DNA of 54,426 bases, counting the filler, from Sphacelaria rigidula (lineage: Eukaryota), in NCBI GenBank assembly GCA_964200075.2. It is 4 parts of 4 records of this genome, joined end to end, with 100 filler letters (N's around TTAATTAATTAA, not from the genome) between each part and the next. Parts side by side here need not be neighbours in the genome. Positions count along the whole stretch, not along the records: positions 1 to 13,533 come from CAXNAA020002824.1; positions 13,634 to 27,165 come from CAXNAA020002825.1; 2 more parts are not named here. One strand, 5' to 3'. The translations under genes and the position numbers were made by a program. The notes beneath the pieces were generated by a model that did no database searches, was not told where the DNA came from, and saw nothing but the letters and a program-made list of their open reading frames with translations. Each line of letters starts with the position of its first letter. Within the stretch, counting starts at the first letter, position 1. Positions 12,521-22,320 of this stretch are shown one piece after another.

Positions 12521-12934
12521 GTGCGATAATTACGTGTCTCTCTCTGTGCATGTGGTTCGACATGTACAGTTATTGTACGAGGATACTGCATGTTATTTCT
12601 TCTCCACTCGCCTGCTTTCGATTGTTTAATGCTGTAATCCTACTCGTACATTATATCTGCCTGCATCGTTGTTCCTTGACTGTTGAGGCATTTTGCGGGA
12701 CAGGCAAGCGAATGCGCAGGTTGCGACTGCGCTGTAGTAGACCAAGTTGAACGGTGCTGTATCCATTGGTTGTATCTTGGTCGAATCAACCGGATACAGT
12801 GCAACAGCTGTACAGCGGCAATCTAGACCTTCTGCGCAGTTGTCCAAGTCGTCTTTCCTCGTGTCTCTACTGTATAGTTGTTCGTGTACCAAATTGGTAT
12901 CGTCCCTCTTTTTTGTCGCTCTCCGTCACTGCAG

Positions 12935-13045
12935 ACCCTAGCCGTCGACGTGTCGATCTGGCTGACACAGTTTATCAAGGCAATGCGGGACGATGAGGGC
13001 AAGGTCATGAAGAACGCTCACATAATTGGGACTCTCCGACGGGTG
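12935..13045 (+). CDS. ERCC5: XPG/Rad2-family endonuclease, exon 2 (TLAVDVSIWLTQFIKAMRDDEGKVMKNAHIIGTLRRV); rest of the gene lies beyond the contig end
   Basis: Polypyrimidine tract plus gcag acceptor and GTG|gtgag donor, in frame with exon 1. The LAVDxSIWLxQxxKAMRDxxG...NAHxxG..RR motif is characteristic of XPG/UVH3/Rad2 rather than FEN1 or EXO1. Confidence 0.9.
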
Positions 13046-13533
13046 GTGAGCTTTCGCCAACGATCAAATGAGTACCCTAGTCATTGACGCCATGATGCCT
13101 TTACCAGCCCATCATCCACTCGAGGACTGGCTTGAAAATGCAGTATCGTGGCTCCTTCACTGGTATGGGCTGGCAAAAAGGACAGGAGATACTCGACAGG
13201 AAACGAGCCGACTGACCACACCCATGGCAGTTATCAACAGCACCGACACAGCGTTGACATGTTATGGGTAGCATGACACAGAGTATGCAAGACAATGGGT
13301 GCGGGTACATAATGTGGATCATGGGAGTACCTGGTAAGGGTGATGGGATAGAATCAGGATCCCGAATCACCGTATTATGGAACTGATGGATGATGACCTA
13401 CCCTCCACCCCCCCCCCTGGTCCGACGAGAACCCGGCGTGCTCCGTTTCGGCTTTGTAGGGGCGAACCCCCGATGGGGTTGGCGTCGGTTGGCGATGACG
13501 CTGTAAAACACGCCACTCACTTCGTAAGCTAGG

Positions 13534-13633
13534 NNNNNNNNNNNNNNNNNNNNNNNNNNNNNNNNNNNNNNNNNNNNTTAATTAATTAANNNNNNNNNNN
13601 NNNNNNNNNNNNNNNNNNNNNNNNNNNNNNNNN
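13534..13633. other. Artificial contig-joining spacer (N44-TTAATTAATTAA-N44)
   Basis: 44 N, TTAATTAATTAA at 13578-13589 (stop codons in all six frames), 44 N; exactly 100 nt. Confidence 0.97.
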
Positions 13634-14109
13634 CCCCATTTCAGCGTTGCAACCCAGGTACACGGAGCCCAGACAAGTGGAATGGCGCAAAAGTTGCGTA
13701 GACACCCCTTGGACCAGCGATGAACTTTTTTCTCCCATTTGGGCAATCAGGCGAAAGAAATCGTGAAATGGGTGATTTTGAGTCGTGATGATTTGTCCTA
13801 ACCGTGATATCTTATCCGGCATGACAGGAACAGTCCCCGATTATGTGTTTCCGGGTAGTACTCCCCCGTGCGTAGCACTTCAACAAAACTGGTTGAATGG
13901 CAGTATGGGGGTGGTGAATTGTTTTGAGGACTGGTAAATGGCCACGCGGACGCATGATGTGTGTGGCATAATACTGACATGATCTGTGATGACACCGGCG
14001 TGTAGCGCGTGTATTGTGCGTCTAAAGGAGTCGGTGCTCGCTCATCGCACTACAGTGCGTAGTATAGAGCTGAATTCCATGTGTCGGTGCTGTCTCCCTG
14101 CCCATAGTG

Positions 14110-14310
14110 GCCGCAGTAGCAATGGCAATCTATATGATAGACGGAAGAGGGTCGAACGGGCGCAAAATGTGCTCTCTTCGGCTGCGCAAACTCCAGTAAC
14201 TCTCCCGCAGAACGGATTGCAATATTAAATTCAGGTTTATTTATGTGGCCAATCCTACGCCGACGTCCTTGTGTCAGTGACGCTCGGCGCTTGAGCCACA
14301 TCCACATATG
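14110..14310 (-). repeat. 3'-terminal fragment of a probable non-LTR retroelement with an (ATTGCC)n-like tail, copy 1
   Basis: Near-identical to 23705-23897 (gcaatctatatgatagacgg..cgcaaactccagt.actctcccgcagaacggattgcaatattaaattcagg..gacgctcggcgcttgagcc). Confidence 0.65.
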
Positions 14311-14913
14311 CCTAGCAAGTTGCACGTTGGATCGCGGCATTAGCTCACCAACTTGCCCGGCCGGAACGTCGGGTGCGTCGCGGAGTCAGCTTGACACCGT
14401 CCCTGCCGTCTTGTTTTTGTCGAATACGCACCCTCACTAGGGCCAAGTACAGATGTGGGCAGCTACGTGCTCTTGATTGACACAACTATTCGGGCCCATG
14501 TTGACGAGATGAAGCGAAAAACAAAGCGAAGCAAGCAGGAGCATGTTGATGGGTCGCCTCAACGAAGGCGGTGGACTTATGGCTGCGGTGACCAACACCA
14601 TGCTCCTCTTCGACCCTTGCTTTGCTCAGCTCCTTTTTTGCCCTGTGAAGACAGACGCCTTACATGCCGTCGTGCCCCGCCGTTTTCTCCAAGATTTCAA
14701 TTGTCCTGTAATCGGCTGTAGGGACGGATCGCATTCCCGTGTCGGCGCGTTCTAATACATGATTGGATTCCGGTTTCACCTACTCCCCGACTGCTTGCCC
14801 TGCTTGTTTGTTCGCGTTGCACCGCGTTTTCCCCCGGCCCTGTCATCATTGTCATCCTCGTTTTCGATCGTCATGTGATCTGATGTGATGCATTGTGGCG
14901 TGATTCTGTCCAG

Positions 14914-14977
14914 AGCTGATCGCAATTAACAACAAGAACGCGGCGTTGGAGCTCCTGCACAGTGTCTTCACCAGCAG
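14914..14977 (+). CDS. EIF3A: Eukaryotic translation initiation factor 3 subunit A, exon ((E)LIAINNKNAALELLHSVFTS(R)); the start exon is not in this contig
   Basis: ccag acceptor and CAG|gtgag donor. Phase-2 end joins the next exon; matches the eIF3a N-terminus after the KPENALKRA motif. Confidence 0.8.
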
Positions 14978-15344
14978 GTGAGTTTCTAAGAAGTTTGCTT
15001 TTTCCAGCACAAGTGTAGCTGCAACTATCATGATTATTACTTCCGCACATGAGTCTGATCTCGCGAACCCGTGGTCATAGATACAAAGTTATATTCCCGG
15101 CCGTCAACATGTTCAGCTCGAAAATGGCAGGATGACGTGTGATGGATCAAGTACACCACTGTCCGTAGGCAACAGTATTGGTGATGGAAAATTGTGTTAC
15201 GAATACACCGGTGTCGCATCGCCAAGGGGCATCTTTATTGCCATTCTGCTGTCATCAACCGCGGTAGAAATTAGCTGATCCCCTGAGACCTCAGACTGGC
15301 ACCAACCAAGGCGGGGGAGGAGGGGTGTTCAAGTGTGCTAAAAC

Positions 15345-16708
15345 CAGGGTTGCACATCGGACCGAGAATGAAGTTCGATACATATTGTTCGAATATCGAA
15401 CCACAACCCCTGACACCGATGTTTTTGTCGATATTCCGAAAATGACACAATGCGTACCGAGTATCGATATTCGATACAAAACGGCTGTCTTGGTATGGCT
15501 GCAGTGTACAAGACCGAGCAGTACACTTGCACACTGACACCCTCACTCACTTTTGTAGGTCGCTCAAGATACCACATCCCCTACACAGATTTTTCAAGCT
15601 CATTTCTCCTCACCATAAGCGATGACGGGGCTGAACTGAACGGCGTTGCAACCATCTCGTGGAGAGAAAGCAAAATCGAGCTTCAAAAATCGCTCCTGAG
15701 GGTGTGGTATCTTAGTGAAGCAACCTACGGTAGTTTCCAGTGGACAGTAGTGGACGCATGATGTAGAGCAGCGGGTACTGTGCAAATTGACATGATCACG
15801 ACGGCATACGGTGATACAGCTGTCGTTCGAATATCTTCCGTCGCCGTGCAAGAGGTAGTTGATCACAGTGGGCCAGATGTGGTATTGGTTATACTGTTTT
15901 CATTTCTACTGTCACTATTCCGTGTGTTTCGATCGAGTGAGCGCATACCTGGACTCTGCACATTCATTGGAAGAAAGAAGGCTTCAAACCTCGAACGTGC
16001 ACAAACTCGAATGCGAGCTCTTTTTTTTCAACGCTTTTCACGATCAACAACGGGAAACGTCGGCACCATACGTCAAGTTTTGATTCTTGGACGCCAAATA
16101 TATATATATTAATATATACATATTTGTATGTCACCAACCAAGAAGAAAAAGCCACTAAGCTTGCAACAAATAGAGTGTCCAGACTAATGGATGGAGGGGA
16201 AAATAAATCCAACACTCGTCAAACATGAAGGAAAGGCGAACTGACAGTACCATCTCCTCATCCGAAGGATATCTGTTTCCTACTGTTGTCTGCAGCTTTG
16301 CATTGATCGTGACCTTATCTCTATTCCGCCACGCTACGCCTATGTTGCCGTTGGTGAACACCCCCGCTGAATTATATCACCAAACCCTGAACCCACGATG
16401 CACCAGCGGTGTGTGGTGTGTGAAGAGGATCTTGTGGAGTGAGGGATGAGGGGGGGGGCGGGGTTGCACATCAACTGGGGGTCCGCCGTTCGTGAAATAC
16501 CACCCCCTCTTCGTTTCCTGTGATGACGGTTTCGAGAAATTTGAGCCAATGTGACGAAAAAAAATCGAGGGTATCGATATTCGAATTTGATATTCGATAT
16601 ATTGATACGTATCACATATATCGGTTTTATACGCTCCGATACCGATATGGCATATTGCCGATATTTATCGAAATCGTATCGATTATCGATATCCGATGTG
16701 GAACCCTG
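15345..16708. mobile_element. Intact non-autonomous hAT-type DNA transposon (1364 bp) in an eIF3a intron
   Basis: TIRs CAGGGTTGCACATCGGA / TCCGATGTGGAACCCTG. Perfect 8-bp TSD GCTAAAAC at 15337-15344 and 16709-16716. Many subterminal TCGATA/TATCGA repeats at both ends; no transposase ORF. Confidence 0.9.
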
Positions 16709-16876
16709 GCTAAAACAGAAAAAAACATAGCGGATTTACAAATATCATATGACTCACTCGGAAATTAGTTGGGGATGATCGGGTGCGCCTGGAAGTGTTG
16801 GGAATACCCCCTGATGATCGCGTCTCCAGCTTTTATTTGAGGGTTGAACGGAACGGGTGAGGAGAGCCGGGTATGT

Positions 16877-16968
16877 TGAGCGAGTGTATAATGTTACAAA
16901 AACCTTAGGACACCTTCGGAGTGCCTTCGGGGCACGGTGAGAATAATCTCTGTTTCTGACACTGCTCA
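16877..16968 (+). ncRNA. Box C/D snoRNA-like copy 1 (U58/SNORD58-like); box C mutated, possible pseudogene
   Basis: Guide CTTAGGACACCT 16904-16915, D' CGGA 16917-16920, stem-loop gtgcc/ggcac, C' GTGAGA 16937-16942, D CTGA 16956-16959, terminal stem tgagcgagtg/cactgctca. The box C position reads ATAATGT. Confidence 0.6.
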
Positions 16969-17884
16969 TGGAACCGGAATTATTTACGTCGTTTTTCCGC
17001 AAGTGTTACATTGACGGCACTTTCATTGGTGTCGGCATCACAGCTTTTTTTATCCTCATCGCCCCTTTACCCATCGTCCGTGCTCCAGTATGTATGGTTC
17101 CCTTTTGTGGATTCTCGAAGCCCTAGGAATGCTGAAATATGAGAATCCATACTAGTATGCAGTCGAGGTACACATGTTGGAACGTACAAAACGTGAAATG
17201 GGGATATGCCTGCTTATTTTATCCTCATGGGCCCTGTGCCCACTGACGATGCTCCAGGATGTCTTCCTTATTTCGTGGACTCTTGACGCGCTTGGAATGC
17301 CGGAAAATAAGCATCCATATCATGTCACCTTGAAAAAACGAGTAAAAACGTGATGGACGTGAGGGAAGATACGTCTCAAACTCCCCAATTTTCGTATGCC
17401 TTTCATATCCTGGACATCCTCTGCTGTTATTAGACAAGTCTCGACCTGTTTGATAATGACACGAGGGAGGGGATGAATTTAGCTTCGATCAACGGATCAC
17501 GTTTCATAATGATTCTGGTACTTGAAGCGATGAAACATGTGCAAGTCGAACTCTGAGTACTAGCGTATACAGCGGTTGCTGTGTCTTGTTACACAGAGGT
17601 GAAGATATTTGAGCCTTAAACCTGGGTAGTTCTCACATCGGTGTCGTTTGTCGAGGATTTTTTTCTCACACCTGAACCCCTCCCGTTCCTGAAAACAACT
17701 TTGTGGGCTCAAGTGATCAACTTATCTCTCCGCGGTACACGCCTTGCATTTTGATCTCGCGGACCGAGTCAGCTCTCTCGCACCGCTTCGCATCTCGTCG
17801 ATTAAACTCAATTACCCTTGTACACTCACGTATACCGCTATCGACGGTGGAAACAGACACCTCGAAGGACAAACGCAACGAATG

Positions 17885-17955
17885 TGAAAGGATTCGAACC
17901 TTGAAACTCTCCACCCTTGAGATGACGTCCGGATCATTGAACCACCGGGGCTCGA
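17885..17955 (-). repeat. tRNA-related SINE head (Pol III A/B boxes); not a complete tRNA
   Basis: Minus strand has GGTTCGAATCC (B box; plus strand ggattcgaacc) and an upstream TGGTTCAATG A-box-like motif; no convincing cloverleaf. Confidence 0.4.
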
Positions 17956-18188
17956 GATTGGCGATGATTTGGGCTTTTGCTTTTCATGTTTACTTCCAAA
18001 AAAGTTACAATTACTTGAAATCAGCCTGAAAGGCCGGAAAACAAGAAATCATTATTCAAGCGAATTGACATGCGCGCATAGAAAGCGAGAGCCTACGGGG
18101 ATTACGACATTATATTCATTAAAAAAATTAGCGGCACACGCTTTGTTGAAGTGGCCGGCTGAGTCTGTGCGGACAGCGAAAAGCGTAC

Positions 18189-18287
18189 TGCGGTGCAAGC
18201 GTGTGATGCTACAGAAAACTTAGGACACCTTCGGAGTGTCTCATTGGCACAGTGAGAACGACCTCTGTTCCTGACGCTTGCGCCGCA
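18189..18287 (+). ncRNA. Box C/D snoRNA copy 2 (U58/SNORD58-like LSU rRNA 2'-O-methylation guide); most canonical copy
   Basis: 13-bp terminal stem tgcggtgcaagcg/cgcttgcgccgca; box C GTGATGC 18203-18209; guide CTTAGGACACCT 18219-18230; D' CGGA 18232-18235; stem gtgtc/ggcac; C' GTGAGA 18252-18257; D CTGA 18271-18274; acaga/tctgt internal stem. Same strand as the host gene. Confidence 0.85.
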
Positions 18288-19237
18288 ATGGTTTATAAGG
18301 GATGTCCTAACAGCTACCGTGAAGACTCAAGAATGCGATGGACGATTTACTCGTGGATTTTGCGTGGTGGTGCAAGGCAAAGAGGCTGAAATGCATGATG
18401 TCCATACCAGTCATATTGTATACTGTCGATTTCCCCTTTCAACTCCCGTACCGGAATCGTCCACTCAAGTCTGGATTCATGACCTGAATTATATCAAGGT
18501 ATTCCACGTGTAAGACAAATCACTCTAATGACCACTCGGGCAAGTGCAAGTACACTCTATTTGATCACACGCGCGGTGGGGCTCCCGTAGGAAGAACAAA
18601 AATGTCGGAAACGAAAACATGGAAATGACGCCCAGACTGAAGTGGGAATGGTCTGTACCACTGGCTGTGTGTAAACTTGTCTGTTTGCCCACATGAGGTG
18701 GGTATCGCTCACAGCGGCAATAGAGCAAGCACGTGGATGACAAAATGCAAACCTGAGGATAGTGGAGTCTAAACTCTCGGCACGTTCGAAGTGCTCAACC
18801 CAAGAACGCTCCTTTGCTCTTCTTGAGTGTGCTGCATGCCATGCCGACTCTCACTAAAGTTCTAGAGGCCGGGCATTCCTGCAGGCGCCAAGTGGCTGTG
18901 TCTGATTCTCACGTGCGCTTCACCTACGGCGCCTTCGCGGTCCATGCTACTTTTACAAACCATATCGTGTACCACATACTGTACTTGGCGCATGAGCTGA
19001 AACATTCCACTTGAGGGCATATGCAAGTAACACTCGGGCAAGGAAGGGTTGGGATCACACCAGGACTACTGAAATCTTGGGTGAAGTTAACACCCTAGGA
19101 CTACCTTCTCATATGATACCCTCCTCAATTGTACCTAAAGCTTCAGTAGATTGAACATTGAGGTGTTTTGCTGGGGTACTCGGAAGTGCATAACTCACGC
19201 GACCTGCCCTTGAAACTACGCGTATTTCGGAGGGCCC

Positions 19238-19400
19238 ATGTGTTGTGTGTGTTGTGTTGTCATCCCATCTGTTCTGGACGCCAGTCTACACCTTTCGGTA
19301 TGTGCGGGCGTAAGGCCGGGATCACATCTTCTTCATTTGTCCAAGTTCTCCACTTTTCTCCTGCGGTGCTACCTAAGCGATGTAAAAACCAACTGTGTTG
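19238..19400 (+). repeat. Short interspersed repeat, same family as 10150-10413 and 27040-27165
   Basis: gtgttgtgtgtgttgtgttgtcatcccatctgttctggacgccagtctacacc..gccgggatcaca..ttctcctgcggtgct. Confidence 0.7.
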
Positions 19401-19711
19401 ACAGTACCGCTGCTTGCCCTATAAAGTTTGAAATGCTGGATGGCCGTATCAGGCTATGTGCGCCTACTGTCGTGAACCCAAGGACATACTGTTGTATGCG
19501 GATATTCGTATGCGGTAAATCGAACCACAATTGATGTGATGTGTATGACTTGCGTAGGAAGCTTGTCAACAACCGCGGCGACCTAAAAGTGTAGCCTTCC
19601 GTTTTGACAACTCGTGAATTCACGTTATTCACTTTCGATGGCGCTAAGTGACGGTTGATGTGTCATTCGTCACCTGTGTTTTTTTTTCTAACATTGACTG
19701 TAGCGGTCAAC

Positions 19712-19806
19712 AGCATGCACGCGGATGATGCAACAGAAACTTAGGACACCTTCGGAGTGCCTAGGCACAGTGAGAACAATCTCTGTTTAATGACGCTGCT
19801 GTGCTC
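19712..19806 (+). ncRNA. Box C/D snoRNA-like copy 3 (U58-like)
   Basis: C ATGATGC 19725-19731, guide CTTAGGACACCT, D' CGGA, gtgcc-ta-ggcac, C' GTGAGA, D variant ATGA 19790-19793. Confidence 0.7.
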
Positions 19807-20236
19807 TTGCAAATTATGATCGACACGAGGTTGAAGAATGTTTGTTTGCACCCATTGATTCGGTGGTGGTGATCGTACGTTATCTCATGCCCGAGAAATA
19901 CAGTCGTGATCGCCAGATACATGTACGTACACACGATCAACTGAACAGAAATACTCGCTCAAGAGAAGTGAGAGGGAATGGAGAAAGGTCTGAATATTAG
20001 AGCGAAAAAACAAGCAAACGCATGCACGAAAAAGATGAGCAGTGCTGAAACCCCCGGCCTCTATAACCTGTATGGAGAAGTCAAGTCTGGGGGATCGAGC
20101 GTGTGGGACATGTCGTTGTACCCGATCCAGGAAAATCGCTTAGTGATGCACGCATACTCCTGGAGGACAAAGCTGCAGCGGGTTGTCCTGTACCTATTGT
20201 GGCGATGGCTGTTGCTAGTGTCACGACACAGGTCAA

Positions 20237-20329
20237 GCAAGCAGGCGGATGATGCAACAGAAACTTAGGACACCTTCGGAGTGCCTAGGCACAGTGAGAA
20301 GAACCTCTGTTTGATGACGCTGCTGTGCT
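20237..20329 (+). ncRNA. Box C/D snoRNA-like copy 4 (U58-like)
   Basis: C ATGATGC 20249-20255, identical guide/D'/C' core, D variant ATGA 20314-20317. Confidence 0.7.
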
Positions 20330-20791
20330 CTTGCTATTCATGATGAACACGAGGTTGAAGAATGTTTGTCAGCATTGGTTGATCGGCGGTGGTTCTACTA
20401 CGTTTTCGGCGGTGTTCTATCACGTTATCGGCGGTGTTTCTATTACTTCATCTCATTCCCGAGAAATACAGTCGTGATTGCCAGATACATGCACGTACAC
20501 ACGATGGACGGAACAGAAATACTCGCTCAAGAAAAATGAAGGTGATTGAAGAGTGGTCTAAATATTAGAGCGAAAAAAAAAAGCAAACGTACGCACAAGA
20601 AAGACGAGGAGCGCCAGAAATGCCCGGCCTTTACAACTTATAATTGAGAAACTGAGTCTGGGGAGATCGAGTTTGTAGGATACTTTTTTGTATCGGACCC
20701 AGTATATGGGTTTGGTGATGCACGTATCGTCTCCGAGGACAGGGCTGAGCGGGTTGTCCTGTACCCAGTGTCACGATAAAAGGTCGAGCAA

Positions 20792-20884
20792 GCAAGCAGG
20801 CGGATGATGTAACATAAACTTAGGACACCTTCGGAGTGCCTAGGCACAGTGAGAACAATCTCTGTTTAATGACGCTGCTGTGCT
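20792..20884 (+). ncRNA. Box C/D snoRNA-like copy 5 (U58-like)
   Basis: C ATGATGT 20804-20810, identical guide/D'/C' core, D variant ATGA 20869-20872. Confidence 0.68.
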
Positions 20885-21312
20885 CTTGCAAATCATGATA
20901 TACACGAGGTTGAAAAATGTTTGTTAGCGTTGGTCGATCGACGGTGGCTCTATTACGTCATCTCATTCCCGAGAAATTCAGTCGTGATCGCCAGATACAT
21001 GTACATACACACGATCAACGGAACAGAAATACTCGCTCAAGAGAAAAGAGGTTGGATAAAGAGGGGTCTAGATATTAAAGCGAAAAAAAAAGCGAACGTA
21101 TACACCGAGAAGACGAGGAGTGCTAGGAATGCTCGGCCTCTTCGACCTGTATTGAGAAATCAAGGAGTAGAATGAGTGTGTAGGATAGGTTGTTGTATGC
21201 GATCCAGGAAAGAGCTTCGTGATGCACGTATCCTCTTCAAGGAGAAGGCTTTAGCGAGTTGTCCTGTACCCAGTGTCATGTTGACTGTTGCTAGTGTCAC
21301 GACAACGGTCAA

Positions 21313-21404
21313 GCAAGCAGGCGGATGATGCAACAGAAACTTAGGACACCTTCGGAGTGCCTAGGCACAGTGAGAACAACCTCTGTTTAATGACGCTTGT
21401 TCGC
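21313..21404 (+). ncRNA. Box C/D snoRNA-like copy 6 (U58-like)
   Basis: C ATGATGC 21325-21331, identical core, D variant ATGA 21390-21393, terminal stem gcaagcaggcg/cgcttgttcgc with G-U pairs. Confidence 0.72.
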
Positions 21405-22172
21405 CTCGTTGTCGCTGGCAATGTATCGTACAGATTTTGGGCTTCGAGTACGTCATGTATTTGGTAGAGTACATTGCGTCAGTTGGTTCTGGTTTGCTTC
21501 AGTGCAGTCGAACGAAAGCCTCTGCTATTGATGAAGGAGATGAGGAGGCATCATTTCTCTTGACGTTCATGCGCATGTTTCGCAACAAGTGTTTCGTTTT
21601 TGGATAGAGTGAGACATGATTGATTTTGTATTCCTGTTGAACTCGTTGGAGCCTCGATGTAGACGTGATGAAGAGCTAGATACTCGAGTATGTCCCTGTT
21701 CCAATATTTCACAAGACACCGTTGTATGTCTCAATAACTTGAGAACTTGAACAATCCATGTTAACGATCGGACCGAAGTATCGAAGTCGAGAGAACGATG
21801 GAAATTGCCAAAATTGTGTTCTGCAGGGCATACCCGCTGAAGTTCGGGTATATGCACAAGTAACAACGGGTATAATCTGTAGGTTAGTACCCTTCCGAAT
21901 CGTACCACGGTCGGTTAAATGGCTTGATACCCTGCCGAACCGTACCGGAATGCCGGGTTTGCGTTCCAGTATGGTCTGGTATGTCAACTTCTAACCCCCC
22001 ACCCCCGATATTACCGTACTAAACACAACCTCGAAAATTTCAGTGTGCTCTGTGCGGCACAGATCGTATATGCTGGTTATGATGAGCACTGATTGGATCC
22101 TTCCCGTGTTTGTCGCACGTGCAAAATCGTGTGTATCTCTTGGCCAATCTCTCGTTTTGGCCCTCGCAGCAG

Positions 22173-22320
22173 GCGGTACAAGACATGGCAGACCGCGTAC
22201 GAGACGATCATGTTGAAGTACATGGACCTTTGTGTGCAGCTTCAGCAACATCGACAGGCTAAGGACGGTCTCCACCAGTACCGAAACATGGCTCAGCAGC
22301 AGGCGCCGGGATCCCTCGAG
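22173..22320 (+). CDS. EIF3A: eIF3a exon (RYKTWQTAYETIMLKYMDLCVQLQQHRQAKDGLHQYRNMAQQQAPGSLE)
   Basis: Matches the conserved eIF3a motif TWQ...E.IM.KY..LCV.L.....AK.GL.QY. NAGNAG acceptor (22170 or 22173); donor GAG|gtaaag. Confidence 0.95.

Larger units (their letters stand above)
19700..21404 (+). repeat. Tandem array of ~520-555-bp units (three full units plus a fourth snoRNA core)
   Basis: Box C positions 19725, 20249, 20804 and 21325 give periods 524, 555 and 521. Spacers share blocks (ccgagaaat.cagtcgtgat.gccagatacatg, aacagaaatactcgctcaaga, gtgatgcacg, gttgtcctgtacc) but have many substitutions and indels. Confidence 0.92.

Noticed and set aside
13578-13589. TTAATTAATTAA as a biological motif such as a piggyBac TTAA site
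   Set aside because: Identical and centred in N runs three times; it is a synthetic linker.
15214-15225. cgcatcgcca, a 10-nt complement to LSU rRNA, as another snoRNA guide
   Set aside because: No adjacent D or D' box and no terminal stem; can occur by chance.
17885-17955. tRNA gene
   Set aside because: Only the B box is clear; no acceptor or anticodon stems. Kept as a possible SINE head.
16900-21400. Conserved repeat with internal hairpin read as a CRISPR array
   Set aside because: Spacers are 450-1400 bp and homologous to each other, there are no cas genes, and the context is a eukaryotic intron; box C/D architecture explains it better.
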